From Desulfobacterales bacterium (GTDB lineage Bacteria > Desulfobacterota > Desulfobacteria > Desulfobacterales > JAAELO01), in contig JAAELO010000822.1 in assembly GCA_024226555.1 (NCBI GenBank), positions 62,866-126,865 of the forward strand: a stretch of 64,000 nucleotides of DNA, in the 5' to 3' direction. The notes under the pieces are model-generated. The model saw only the letters and a program-made list of their open reading frames with translations, ran no database searches and was not told the DNA's origin. Numbering within the stretch: the stretch's first letter is position 1; every line of letters starts with the position of its first letter. Below, one piece after another: positions 18,286-28,171 of the stretch. A program made the translations under genes and the position numbers.

Positions 18286-18738
18286 CTAGTTTCCCCAATT
18301 TTGTATCTCAATTATGTTTCCCTCAGGGTCTGTCATATAAACCAATGTAAGGAGACCAACCCCTTCAATCTCTTTTTTAACTACTTCACCCAATTGTTTT
18401 CCACCATGTATCAGTGCTTTTTCATAAATCAAATCAACATCATCAACATGGAAAGCGATGTGCCCATAACCTTCCCTGTTTGATTTAGGTGTTGGTTTTT
18501 CAGCAATCTCATCATATTGTAATATTTCAAGGGTTGGGCCATCATCTCCATGGCCTGGAAGTCTTAAGTGTATTCCTTTTAAAGATGCGTTTTTTACGCC
18601 AGTACATTTTGAAAGCCAATCTCCTGTAAAATCTCTTTCAGGAGGAACGCGTTTACAGTTAAATACATCCTGATAGAATTTGACTAATTTTTGCCAGTCT
18701 TTACTAATAATGTTTGTGTGGGTATATCTTATTGACAA
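18286..18738 (-). CDS. VOC/glyoxalase family protein
   Basis: 150 aa with HIAFHVDDVD and TDPEGNIIEI. TTG start. Confidence 0.75.
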   Translation of the reverse strand: MSIRYTHTNIISKDWQKLVKFYQDVFNCKRVPPERDFTGDWLSKCTGVKNASLKGIHLRLPGHGDDGPTLEILQYDEIAEKPTPKSNREGYGHIAFHVDDVDLIYEKALIHGGKQLGEVVKKEIEGVGLLTLVYMTDPEGNIIEIQNWGN

Positions 18739-18767
18739 TTATGACCTCGATAATCTATTTGTAAAAA

Positions 18768-19394
18768 TTATATCTTTCTGGCAGAAATAAAAATATCTTT
18801 TGTTAACGAACCGTCCTCTTCCTCATAATCTTCTTTTGTGATTTCAACTGTAAGAATCAGATTGTCAGAAAGAAGTTTTCTTACTTTGCCTGGATCGTAA
18901 TAGTTAAAATAAATTTCGCCATCTGAAAAGCTCGTTGTTTCAAGGCCTGACTTTTCTCCCTCCATAAAACTCAGGTACAAAGTTCCATTTTTTTTGAGGA
19001 TTTTTGAAATTGATTTAATTAATTTTTCAGTCTCTTCATCAGTCAAATGCACTATGCAAAAGGATGCGATTACAACATCATATTGTTTATCAAGATCAAT
19101 ATCTCTGATATCCTGAACTATAAACTCACAATCAGGTACATTCTTTTTTGCAATTGCAACCATTTCAGAAGACAGGTCTAAGCCTGTTATCTTGTGAGTT
19201 TGGTCATCTTCATAGATAATTTTGGCGTTATTTCCCGGACCACACCCAATATCTAAAATTTCTGCATATTTATATATATATTTTTCATTAAAAATCTGAA
19301 TTTTATCTTTATAAGATTTGAAATCCATAAATTTTTCTTCATATTTTTCAGCATTTTTGTTGTATGAGTCTATTGTAATATCTGAGTTATTCAC
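18768..19394 (-). CDS. Class I SAM-dependent methyltransferase
   Basis: Motif I ILDIGCGPGNNA, then post-I GLDLS and DVVIASFCIVHL. GTG start. Confidence 0.85.
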   Translation of the reverse strand: MNNSDITIDSYNKNAEKYEEKFMDFKSYKDKIQIFNEKYIYKYAEILDIGCGPGNNAKIIYEDDQTHKITGLDLSSEMVAIAKKNVPDCEFIVQDIRDIDLDKQYDVVIASFCIVHLTDEETEKLIKSISKILKKNGTLYLSFMEGEKSGLETTSFSDGEIYFNYYDPGKVRKLLSDNLILTVEITKEDYEEEDGSLTKDIFISARKI

Positions 19395-19511
19395 TATTTC
19401 AACCCTTTATATTATTATATTTAAAAAATAATAGAAAACTACATTGAATTATAATATCTAACACTTAATACCTTAAAAATCAAAATTTCATGGATATTTG
19501 GGGGGATAAGA

Positions 19512-19552
19512 ACAAAAAAAAATGTGCTTCTAATAGACTTAGAAGCACATTT
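19512..19552 (-). terminator. Rho-independent terminator of the HesB-like gene
   Basis: Perfect 14-bp stem AAATGTGCTTCTAA / TTAGAAGCACATTT with a 5-nt loop. On the minus strand it is followed by a T7 tract. Confidence 0.7.
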
Positions 19553-19574
19553 ATATTTTTAACTAAATTTAAAT

Positions 19575-19877
19575 TTAACCACAACCATGTTCACCACAAC
19601 CTGAACATCCTGTAGATTGTAGAGAGGAATCAATTTGAAATCCATTTTCGTTAAAGTCCACTTGAACTGGCTTAATCTCATCAATTAAACCCTCTTCAAC
19701 AAGATATATTATTGAATCAAATTCAAAAGCCTTATCATCTTTTTTCTCTTCATCAATTGCCATTGCAACCTGAGGTCCGCCACAGCCCTGTGTTATAAAA
19801 ATCCTTATGGGTTTCTTCTCATTCTCTTCAAAAAATTTTGCAACCTCTTTCTGGGCTTTTTCTGTAACATTTAACAT
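19575..19877 (-). CDS. HesB/IscA-like Fe-S carrier-like protein with Cys-rich C-terminus
   Basis: 100 aa; ...IRIFITQGCGGPQVAMAID... and C-terminal CSGCGEHGCG. Assignment by resemblance only. Confidence 0.5.
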   Translation of the reverse strand: MLNVTEKAQKEVAKFFEENEKKPIRIFITQGCGGPQVAMAIDEEKKDDKAFEFDSIIYLVEEGLIDEIKPVQVDFNENGFQIDSSLQSTGCSGCGEHGCG

Positions 19878-20016
19878 ATATTTTCTCCTTAATCTCTTTA
19901 AAGCTTTAAAAAGTAATCTGTAACTAAAATTTAATGTAATCTTTTGAGTACATATGTCAAATCGATATTACAAATTACAATTTCTCATTATATTGGGCAT
20001 TTATATAGTTTTAAAT

Positions 20017-20856
20017 TTAATATTCTTTTGGTGTTATGTTCACTTCATCAAGTGTAAAAACCGGACCATCCTTACAAACTAATTCTTTCCCTATATTACA
20101 CCTTCCACACAAACCGATGCCACATTTCATTCTGTTTTCAAGAGATAAAATAATTTGGTCATTTTTGTATCCCAGTTTTTCAAGAACAGGCAGTGTAAAA
20201 CGGATCATAACAGGAGGGCCGCAAACAATTGCATAGGTATCACTATCGGCATTTGGGGCTTTCTGCTCGGTTATTGCAGGAGTAAATCCTACATTATATT
20301 CCCAGCCAGGAGCTTCAGTATCTATAGTAAGGATATTAATGTCATCACGTTTTTCCCACTCAATCAATTCTTCTTTATAAAGAAGCATACCAGGAGTTCT
20401 GGCTCCGTAGACCACATCAATATTTCCATAGTTCCCACGGTTTTTTGGATCAAGCATATATACAATTGATGACCTTAGAGTTGTAAAAGCAAAACCTCCT
20501 CCAACAATCAGGATATTTTTTCCTTTCAGGGTTTCCCAGGGATACCAGTTACCTAAAGGTCCCCTAATACCCATAACATCACCAATATTCGTGTTGTGTA
20601 GGTGTGATGTTACAACACCAGCCTTAAAAACTGTAAACATTACAAAACCTTTTTCAACTGGAGATGATGCTATCCCTATTGGAATTTCTCCTTTTCCGGG
20701 TATTGACAGTTCAGCAAACTGACCAGCTTTATATTTAAACTTTTCTTCATCCTCTTCATTTAAAAAAACAAATTTAAATGTTTTAAGACTCTTATCCTCG
20801 GTAGCAACCTGAATATCATCGATACGCACGGGATATGGCAGATATGGATTTTCCAT
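20017..20856 (-). CDS. FAD/NAD(P)-binding oxidoreductase with C-terminal [2Fe-2S] (FlxA / AsrB / sulfide-dehydrogenase-type)
   Basis: RPxS-like FAD motif context, NAD fold ILIVGGGFAFTTL, and C-terminal CGIGLCGRCNIG...CKDGPVF. Confidence 0.8.
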   Translation of the reverse strand: MENPYLPYPVRIDDIQVATEDKSLKTFKFVFLNEEDEEKFKYKAGQFAELSIPGKGEIPIGIASSPVEKGFVMFTVFKAGVVTSHLHNTNIGDVMGIRGPLGNWYPWETLKGKNILIVGGGFAFTTLRSSIVYMLDPKNRGNYGNIDVVYGARTPGMLLYKEELIEWEKRDDINILTIDTEAPGWEYNVGFTPAITEQKAPNADSDTYAIVCGPPVMIRFTLPVLEKLGYKNDQIILSLENRMKCGIGLCGRCNIGKELVCKDGPVFTLDEVNITPKEY

Positions 20857-20868
20857 TTTTTTTCTCTC

Positions 20869-21892
20869 CTATTCTACAGGCATATAACTATTCATTTTGT
20901 CACAAACCTTGCGTATATCAATATTTACCGGGCACTGGCGAACACATCGCCCGCATCCTACACACATAGTTCCTTTTTCATATTTATCTACAAAATACTT
21001 TAGTTTATGCATAAAACGTTGTCTGACCCTGTGTGTTTTTGTTCCTCTTGGATTATGACCAGTAGTGTGCATTGTAAAAAGTGGGAACATACAGCTATCC
21101 CAGTTTTTCATACGAACCTTTACCATCTTTAATTTCATCTGAAATGTCGAAGCACCAGCATGTTGGACAGGCAAAAGTGCAGGTTCCACAGTTCAGGCAC
21201 GCAAATGAAACATCTTCCCAAAAGGGAGCATTATATAAATCCAGAGTATCAAATTGAGAAAGTTGATCAGTTTGAAGTTTTGATATGATTTTTGCCTCTG
21301 CAGTTTTTTTAAATGAATTAAATATTTCAATGTCACCTTTTTTATTCCAACCTGCTGATTCAAAGAGTTTTTCACCCTTTTCTGTTACTAATTTTGCAGT
21401 AAAACCCTCTTCTGTCTCAACAAGCAAGGCATCAAGCCCTTCTTCATTATAAGGCCCAGATCCGGTTGAAAGACAAAAACATTTATCATCCGGTTTATCA
21501 CAGGCAAAGCCTATAAAAGTTGTAGCATTATATGAATTTAACCAGTAAGGATCTTTGTACAGCTCTGTGTCAAAGTTCATTTTTACGAGTTCAAGAGATT
21601 TTGCATCACAGGGTCTGATCCCGAATATTACCCGGGGAGAGTAGTCCTTTTCAACCTCTTTCATGATATTGTCGTTAGTAGAATATGACATCATGACTTC
21701 AGACTGGGGAAAAGCTATTGATTTAGGCGATAGTTTTGTGTTTAAAAAACTAAAATCCGGAAGCGTACCTTTTTCAAGCTCCTCGAAATTGTATGAATCA
21801 TCTCTTTTTACCGGCCCCGATACTTTATATAAGCTCTTCAGATCTTCTACCCCGGAGGCCCATTTATCTTTATCTATTTTTATTATTTCCAT
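20869..21892 (-). pseudogene. FlxB/AsrA-like 4Fe-4S protein, interrupted by a frameshift
   Basis: ORFs 21095-21892 (...CLNCGTCTFACPTCWCFDISDEIKDGKG...) and 20869-21189 (...VRMKNWDSCMFP...CVGCGRCVRQCP) overlap in different frames. Together they give one about 345-aa protein. The shift is near 21110-21125 (aaaGGttcgt). Confidence 0.7.
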
Positions 21893-21906
21893 GGTAAATC
21901 CTTTGT

Positions 21907-22760
21907 CTATTTAATAAAATCTTCCGGGTCGTTCAATTTAAATGAATCAAGAGGAGGACGCTGTTCAAGAGAAAGTCCCGTTTCCCATCCAAACTGTTCA
22001 AAACACTCTTTATCCAGCTTTTTGGTAAAATATCTGACCCTGATATTCTGTGGGCAGGCTGCTTCACAAGCGCCACAGTCAGTACATCTTCCTGCACAGT
22101 GATATGATCTTAAGATATGATAGGTTCGAATATCAACCGAACCATTACTTTTCCCACCCACTGAGGTTTTGATTCATCCACAAAACATGTTGGACAGTAA
22201 CACAGAGGGCATGCATTTCTACAGGCATAACATCTTGTACAGGGTTTGAGTAGTTTCTCAAAAAACTCCCATTTATCCTGGGGTTCCATAGCTTCAATTT
22301 CACGAATATCTTCATAACGATCCACATCCTTGTCCTCTTCAACAAGGTCTGCGCAAAGTTCATCATAAATCACAGGATTTTTGTATTTACAGGTTTTACA
22401 ATTATTTGCCAGTTCGTTTGTACTATTCTGAGAATGCATCCCTTTGCATGGAACACCTATAATGTATAACTGCTCCCTTTTAATTTTATTCTCAATTATA
22501 AGGTTATTAATGTTTCTTGAATCACAACCTTTTGCAATGATACCAATTTTTTCCTCTTTACGGTTAACAAGATATGTCGCAAGGTTTATCCTGCAATTAT
22601 TATCCCAAACAAGATCATCAACTTCATAATTGTTTCTGATCATGCAGGGTTCATTTTTACCGTCCACACTTCCAGACCTGTAACCTATTAAAATTTCTAC
22701 AGTACCATCATTTGTTAGCCTTTTAGATATTTCCTTAATCTTCTCTATATATAAATCCAT
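21907..22760 (-). pseudogene. FlxC-like 4Fe-4S protein, interrupted by a frameshift
   Basis: ORFs 22110-22760 (...CTRCYACRNACPLCYCPTCFVDESKPQWVGK) and 21907-22161 (SNGSVDIRTYHILRSYHCAGRCTDCGACEAACPQN) overlap in different frames. A fifth A in the A4 run at 22149-22152 would restore ...WVGKSNGS.... Confidence 0.65.
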
Positions 22761-22763
22761 ATT

Positions 22764-23192
22764 TTAAACCTCAGCACAGCTTTTGATCAGATACTTTGCA
22801 GGACCTAATTTTGTTACTTCTTCAATTACTTCCTTAGCAACATCTGCAAACTTTACTCCTTCAGCAGAAGATATCCATGAAAAATTTAGCCTTCCAGGCT
22901 CGATTCCATTAAATTCCAACAATTGCTTTATTAAAGTAAATTTTCTTCTGGCATAATAGTTACCTTCAATATAGTGGCAGTCACCAGGATGACATCCTGA
23001 TATCCATACCCCATCAGCTCCTTTTCTCAATGAAGCAAGTATCATTTTGGGAGATATTCTACCTGAACATGGAACTCTTATAACCCGCATATTTGGGGGA
23101 TATTGAAACCTGCTTACACCAGCAAGATCCGCTGCACCGTAGCTACACCAATTACATAAAAAGGTGATAATTTTTGGTTCAAAACTACTCAT
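22764..23192 (-). CDS. mvhD: MvhD-type (methyl-viologen-reducing hydrogenase delta / FlxD-like) subunit
   Basis: FLCNWCSYGAADLAG, RVPCSGR and GCHPGDCHY, the classic MvhD cysteine pattern. Confidence 0.9.
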   Translation of the reverse strand: MSSFEPKIITFLCNWCSYGAADLAGVSRFQYPPNMRVIRVPCSGRISPKMILASLRKGADGVWISGCHPGDCHYIEGNYYARRKFTLIKQLLEFNGIEPGRLNFSWISSAEGVKFADVAKEVIEEVTKLGPAKYLIKSCAEV

Positions 23193-23263
23193 AATCTTCT
23201 ATTTCTCCTATATAAAATATACCCGGACTGTATCCCGGTTTATATTTCTTAATTTGTGATTTT

Positions 23264-23281
23264 TAGTTATTAGAGGGTTCC
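23264..23281. repeat. Solo MITE right-TIR fragment
   Basis: AGTTATTAGAGGGTTCC, immediately next to the intact copy at 23286. Confidence 0.5.
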
Positions 23282-23285
23282 TTTA

Positions 23286-23415
23286 GGGAGTCTCTAATAA
23301 CTGTTCTTTTGGCGAAATACGGCTTTATTTCCAAAAAATAACTGTAATAAAATCGGCTCGTTATTTTTTGTCAAACCTTGTATTTCATCCAAAATTCTAA
23401 TTATTAGAGGTTCCT
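23286..23415 (-). mobile_element. MITE copy, intact short type, inside the hdrA-mvhD spacer
   Basis: The reverse complement aligns end-to-end with the 41456 copy. Flanked by TTTA at 23282-23285 and 23416-23419; the right-hand duplication contains the hdrA stop codon (TAA on the minus strand, 23419-23417). Confidence 0.85.
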
Positions 23416-23416
23416 T

Positions 23417-26400
23417 TTATACATTTTCAATCATCTCCATAATTTGAAATTCCTCAAATCCTCTTAAATATATTGCTCCTGATCTACAGGAAGCAGCACA
23501 AGCACCGCACCCCTTACATAACAATGGATTTATCTCTGATAATCCTTCAAAGTTCCCCTCTGTTATAAAATCGGGAGCATTGTAAGGACAGATTTCAATA
23601 CAACTTCCGCATGAAGAGCAATATGATGAATTAACCTTAGCTGTTGTTCCAATAGTATTAATTGTTTTCCTTGATAATAACCTGGTTGCACTCGATGCTG
23701 CAGCCTGAGCCTGTGCAATAGATTCATCAATAGGTTTCGGGTAATGTGCTAATCCACACAGAAATACGCCATCTGTTGCAAAATCTGAAGGGGCCAATTT
23801 TACATGGGCTTCAGCAAAAAATCCCTCATCATTAACAGGTATCTTGAAAAACTTTCCAAGCTTGTCATTATTATTTGGAGCTATGGCTGATGCCAAAGTA
23901 ATAAGATCGGTTTGAATATTTAACTTTCTTTGAAGAACATGATCTGTGACGACTACTGATAAAATATCCTTTTCTTTTTTCACAACAGGTTTATCATTAA
24001 TGCCGTACCTGATAAATACTATGCCTTTTTCCCTGGCCTCTTTATATAGATTCTCTTTCTCTCCATATGTTCTGATATCCCTGTAAAGTACAAAAATCTT
24101 CATCCCTGGATTTTTTTCTTTTAAAGAAAGAGCAGATAGTACCGAATGGGAACAACATATTCTTGAGCAGAATGGCCTTTCATTGTTCCTTGATCCAACA
24201 CACTGTATAAATACAGCTACTTTAGATTCAGCAAGAAAAGGGGCATTCTCTTTAAATTTCTGATCAAGTTCCAGACCTGTTAGAATTCTGTCATCTTCAC
24301 CATACAAATATTCATTGGGTTTATATTCTAAAGCCCCTGTTGCTATAATTGTCACGCCATGTTGAATAGATTTTTTGTTTCCATTAGTATCGATTGTTGA
24401 AGTAAAATTACCAACAAAACCATCAACATTTTTAAGTTCAGCTCCTGTAAGAATCTCAATATTATTATCTTCATATACTGAATCTTTCATTTGATCCAAA
24501 TGTAACGCCACATCCTGACCATTTGCTGTTTTGTGAATCAAATTTGCATTTCCACCAAGGTTTTCTGATTTTTCAAGAAGAGTTACTTTGTATCCCTGTT
24601 CTGAAAGTGCTTTTGCAGATGTTATTCCGGAGATACCACCTCCAATAACAAGAGCATCCTGATGGATCTCAAGAACTTCCTCCTTAAGAGGTTCAAGCTG
24701 GGCCACCTTTGCAACTGCCATTCTGACAAGATCTTTCGATTTTTGAGTAGCTTCTGCAGGAAAATCTTTATGAACCCAGGAACCATGGTTTCTTATATTA
24801 ACCATTTCAAAAAGATACTTATTCAAACTGGCTTCTACCAAAGTTTCCTGAAAAAGAGGGTCGTGGGTTCTTGGTGTACAGGCTGCAACAACTATACGAT
24901 TAAGACCTTTTTCCCTGATCTGAGTGGATATTAATTCCTGAGTATCCTGTGAGCAGGAGTAAAGATTATCTTCAACATATTCAACAAAAGGAAGATCTTT
25001 TGCGAAATCTCTAACTGCTGCAACATCAATAACACTGCTTATATTAATACCACAATGACAAACAAAAACACCTATTCGTGGTCTATCACCTCTTATATCT
25101 ATCTCTTCAGGGATTAACATTTTTTTTGTTAATGTATTACGTGTAGATGAAAGGGCTGAACCGGATACAAGAGCTGCTGCACCTGCTTCAATTACAGTTT
25201 GTGGAATATCTTTAGGCCCCTGTAAAGCCCCGCAAACATATATACCCTTGCGTGATGTTGAAACAGGATTAAAAGTATCTGTTTTAACAAAATTCCCATC
25301 TGTAAGTTCAATTTCCAGTTTTTTAGTCAAATCTCTGGTTTCAGCATCAATCTCGATTCCCACAGAAAGAACAATTATATCGTAATTGTCACGGACAACC
25401 ACACCTTTTGCTTCATCAAAATAGTCTATGACCGTTCCTTTTTCACCTTCAGAAAAAACTGAGTGAACACGGCATCTGACAAATTTTATCCCATATTTAT
25501 CTTTTGCTTCATTATAACAATTTTCAAAGCCTTTTCCATGGGTTCTCATATCCATATAGAAAATTGTACATTCAAGGGATGGGTCGTGTTCTTTTGCTAT
25601 GATCGCCTGTTTAATAGCGTACATGCAACAAACAGCAGAGCAGTGTGAGTTATTGCAATTATTGATATCTCTTGATCCCACACACTGAAACCATGCTACT
25701 TTATCAGGTTCTTTATGATCTGATGGTCTTATTAAATGCCCCTGATTAGGACCTGATGCTGATAACAATCTCTCAAACTCAAGTGATGTTACAACATCCG
25801 GATTATTGTCATAAGCATAATATGGATTTCCTGAAGGGTCATGAGCCTTGAATCCTGGGGCTAATATTATAGATCCCACATTCAGATCATGGGTTTTATC
25901 AGTATCATCGAACAAAATAGCATCAGCAGGACATTCTTTTTCACAATTCCCGCACTTATCTTTTGTTAACTTTATGCAATTAGCCGGGTCAATGCTGTAT
26001 TTAAGAGGCACAGCCTGTGGATATAAAGCATAAATAGCTTTTCGTTTTACCAGTTTTTCGTTATAAACATCTTCTACTTTTTTGGGACATTTCTCGGTAC
26101 AGGCACCGCATGCAATACATTTTTCCATATCAACATATCTGGCTTTTTCAAAAACTGTGACCTCAAAGTTACCAGGTTCCCCATTAACTTCTGTTATTTC
26201 TGAAAGGGTCAGTAACTCAATGTTTATATGCCTTCCAAGTTCAACAAGCTTAGGAGACATTATACACATTGAGCAATCATTTGTTGGGAAAGTTTTATCG
26301 AGTTGAGCCATTTTTCCCCCAATTGAAGGGGATTTTTCTACCATGTATACATAATAACCGGAATTAGCAAGATCAAGAGCGGACTGGATGCCTCCAATTC

Positions 26401-26446
26401 CACCTCCAACAATCATTACAGATCCGATAGTTTCTTTGCTGGACAT
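23417..26446 (-). CDS. hdrA: Large HdrA-like heterodisulfide reductase subunit A family protein (two FAD modules, multiple 4Fe-4S)
   Basis: VMIVGGGIGGIQSALDLANSGYYVYMVEKSPSIGGKMAQLDKTFPTNDCSMCI, a second VIGGGISGITSAKAL...GGNA, and several CxxCxxCxxxCP clusters. Confidence 0.9.
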   Translation of the reverse strand: MSSKETIGSVMIVGGGIGGIQSALDLANSGYYVYMVEKSPSIGGKMAQLDKTFPTNDCSMCIMSPKLVELGRHINIELLTLSEITEVNGEPGNFEVTVFEKARYVDMEKCIACGACTEKCPKKVEDVYNEKLVKRKAIYALYPQAVPLKYSIDPANCIKLTKDKCGNCEKECPADAILFDDTDKTHDLNVGSIILAPGFKAHDPSGNPYYAYDNNPDVVTSLEFERLLSASGPNQGHLIRPSDHKEPDKVAWFQCVGSRDINNCNNSHCSAVCCMYAIKQAIIAKEHDPSLECTIFYMDMRTHGKGFENCYNEAKDKYGIKFVRCRVHSVFSEGEKGTVIDYFDEAKGVVVRDNYDIIVLSVGIEIDAETRDLTKKLEIELTDGNFVKTDTFNPVSTSRKGIYVCGALQGPKDIPQTVIEAGAAALVSGSALSSTRNTLTKKMLIPEEIDIRGDRPRIGVFVCHCGINISSVIDVAAVRDFAKDLPFVEYVEDNLYSCSQDTQELISTQIREKGLNRIVVAACTPRTHDPLFQETLVEASLNKYLFEMVNIRNHGSWVHKDFPAEATQKSKDLVRMAVAKVAQLEPLKEEVLEIHQDALVIGGGISGITSAKALSEQGYKVTLLEKSENLGGNANLIHKTANGQDVALHLDQMKDSVYEDNNIEILTGAELKNVDGFVGNFTSTIDTNGNKKSIQHGVTIIATGALEYKPNEYLYGEDDRILTGLELDQKFKENAPFLAESKVAVFIQCVGSRNNERPFCSRICCSHSVLSALSLKEKNPGMKIFVLYRDIRTYGEKENLYKEAREKGIVFIRYGINDKPVVKKEKDILSVVVTDHVLQRKLNIQTDLITLASAIAPNNNDKLGKFFKIPVNDEGFFAEAHVKLAPSDFATDGVFLCGLAHYPKPIDESIAQAQAAASSATRLLSRKTINTIGTTAKVNSSYCSSCGSCIEICPYNAPDFITEGNFEGLSEINPLLCKGCGACAASCRSGAIYLRGFEEFQIMEMIENV

Positions 26447-26493
26447 AATTTCTTCCTTTAAATACTTAAATAAATTTTCTTTACTGAAATCAG

Positions 26494-27774
26494 CTACAGA
26501 CCGTACTCAGCAAGATCAGGCCCAAGATAAGTTCGTTCCTCCTCACCAAGGACACCCATTGAAAGGCAAATCAGTGTCCATAAATGGACTGTGTAATATC
26601 CTCCCTCATGAATATGTGCCAGATCCTCAATCTGAGCATGGCAGTTATGACAAGGTGTGATAACATATGGAGCTTTAGTTGCCTTTATCTGATCATATTT
26701 GATTTTTCCGTAGATCTGACGAGGCTCTGTATATCCAGCCTGAAGTGCACCTCCTCCACCTCCACAACAGAAATTATTGGATTTGTTTGGATACATCTCC
26801 ACAAGATTATCATCCCCAACAACTTTTTTAATAACATACCTAAGATCATCAGCCATTTTATCGCCCAATGATTTTCTGATAATGTTACATGGGTCCTGAA
26901 CAGTGAATTTAATGTTATCTGTATTCCAATCTGAATTCACAGGAAGTTTTCCCTCTTTTATCCATTTCGCATAATATTCAATTATGCTTTTGAATTCGAA
27001 ATTGTGAGGGATATTAAATTTTTGTAAACCCTGCCAAACAGCGAAGAATGAGTGACCACATTCAGTATTGATGAATACTTTGCAACCAAGCTCATCTATT
27101 TTTTTTACCTGGGCACGTATAATTTTTTCCCATGCATCATCATCAGCAAGAAACATACAATAGTTCTCACCACCCCACATATCAGAGTAATATGTCCAGT
27201 CAGCTCCTGCCATGTGTAAAATTTTCCACAAAGGAAGTAGTTCATCTGGCTCAGTTACAGGTTCACGAGAATTCTGATTTAATGCAAAAAAAGCTCCTTC
27301 TCTGTCAATATCTGCTTTTAGTGCTTGAAATCCATTCTGCTCTCTGCACTCTTCTGCAAGATCATCAACAGTAAACTGAAAATCCTCTAATGGAACTCCC
27401 ATAGCACCACCTCTTGAACTAACATGATGGTCACATGAGCCTAAAATACCTTTCGGTCTCTCTTCTCTTGGCCACTGTGTTCTTAGCTGATAGATAAAAA
27501 GTGGAATATTAATCTCCATTGGGCAGACTTCCATACATCTCTTACACATAGTACAAATCCAGGTCCATGGATGCTTAAGAATATCTTCATCAAGACCTAA
27601 AACTGCCATCCTGATGAATTTTCTCGGATCCATGTCCATGATCCCGGTTGCCGGACAACCACTTGCACATGTAGCACAAGTAAGGCACAGATCAAGATTT
27701 CCTTTTGGAACCAGTTCCTTAACCATTTTCTTTACTTTTGATTCATTTGAAGTAATGTCTAAGATCTTTGTCAT
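26494..27774 (-). CDS. HdrD-like Fe-S/CCG-domain protein (fused HdrC+HdrB-type)
   Basis: N-terminal CLTCATCASGCP and CTMCKRCMEVCP. C-terminal CCG-type motifs NTECGHSF, NNFCCGGGGG and TPCHNCHAQ. Confidence 0.85.
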   Translation of the reverse strand: MTKILDITSNESKVKKMVKELVPKGNLDLCLTCATCASGCPATGIMDMDPRKFIRMAVLGLDEDILKHPWTWICTMCKRCMEVCPMEINIPLFIYQLRTQWPREERPKGILGSCDHHVSSRGGAMGVPLEDFQFTVDDLAEECREQNGFQALKADIDREGAFFALNQNSREPVTEPDELLPLWKILHMAGADWTYYSDMWGGENYCMFLADDDAWEKIIRAQVKKIDELGCKVFINTECGHSFFAVWQGLQKFNIPHNFEFKSIIEYYAKWIKEGKLPVNSDWNTDNIKFTVQDPCNIIRKSLGDKMADDLRYVIKKVVGDDNLVEMYPNKSNNFCCGGGGGALQAGYTEPRQIYGKIKYDQIKATKAPYVITPCHNCHAQIEDLAHIHEGGYYTVHLWTLICLSMGVLGEEERTYLGPDLAEYGL

Positions 27775-27802
27775 TATATTATTCCTATAATAAACGGTTA
27801 AA

Positions 27803-27827
27803 GGGTATCTCTAATAATCAGAGGTCC
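27803..27827. repeat. TIR-like mini-palindrome
   Basis: GGGTATCTCTAATAATCAGAGGTCC, 29 nt upstream of the hdrD-like start codon. Confidence 0.35.
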
Positions 27828-28171
27828 TTTGAATAGGCTGTAGATAAAAGTTTTGTGAAAATCCAAGGTGGGGATGCAAATTTATTAGGTATTTTTATTT
27901 TTTTTAACCGTAAGAATGCTGATGCCCACCCGGGACTCATTATTCTTACCTCAACCATATCCAGTTAAAAAAAACACCTGCCAATTGCTCCTGTAAATTT
28001 GTTTTTAATGAATTTCTATATAGTTAATACAAATGTGTCAAATTGATATTCCAAATGATCATTTTTTTGAATATTGAGTAATTATATAAAGGAAATATAC
28101 ATCTATTGACAAAAAGCATGTTTATATCCTAAAAGTTATAATTTCATTTTCACAACGAAAGAGATTAACAA

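Noticed and set aside
20869-26446. Selenocysteine (in-frame TGA) as the explanation for the split flxB/flxC ORFs, or hidden in HdrA/MvhD
   Set aside because: The split ORF pairs overlap by 52 and 95 nt in different reading frames, so they are frameshifts, not stop-codon read-through. HdrA and MvhD are uninterrupted.
27920-27960. GC-rich hairpin-like sequence GTAAGAAT-(24 nt incl. gcccacccggg)-ATTCTTAC upstream of the hdr operon
   Set aside because: It has only an 8-bp AT-rich stem and a large loop, no T-tract, and no second copy. It is not distinguishable from chance.
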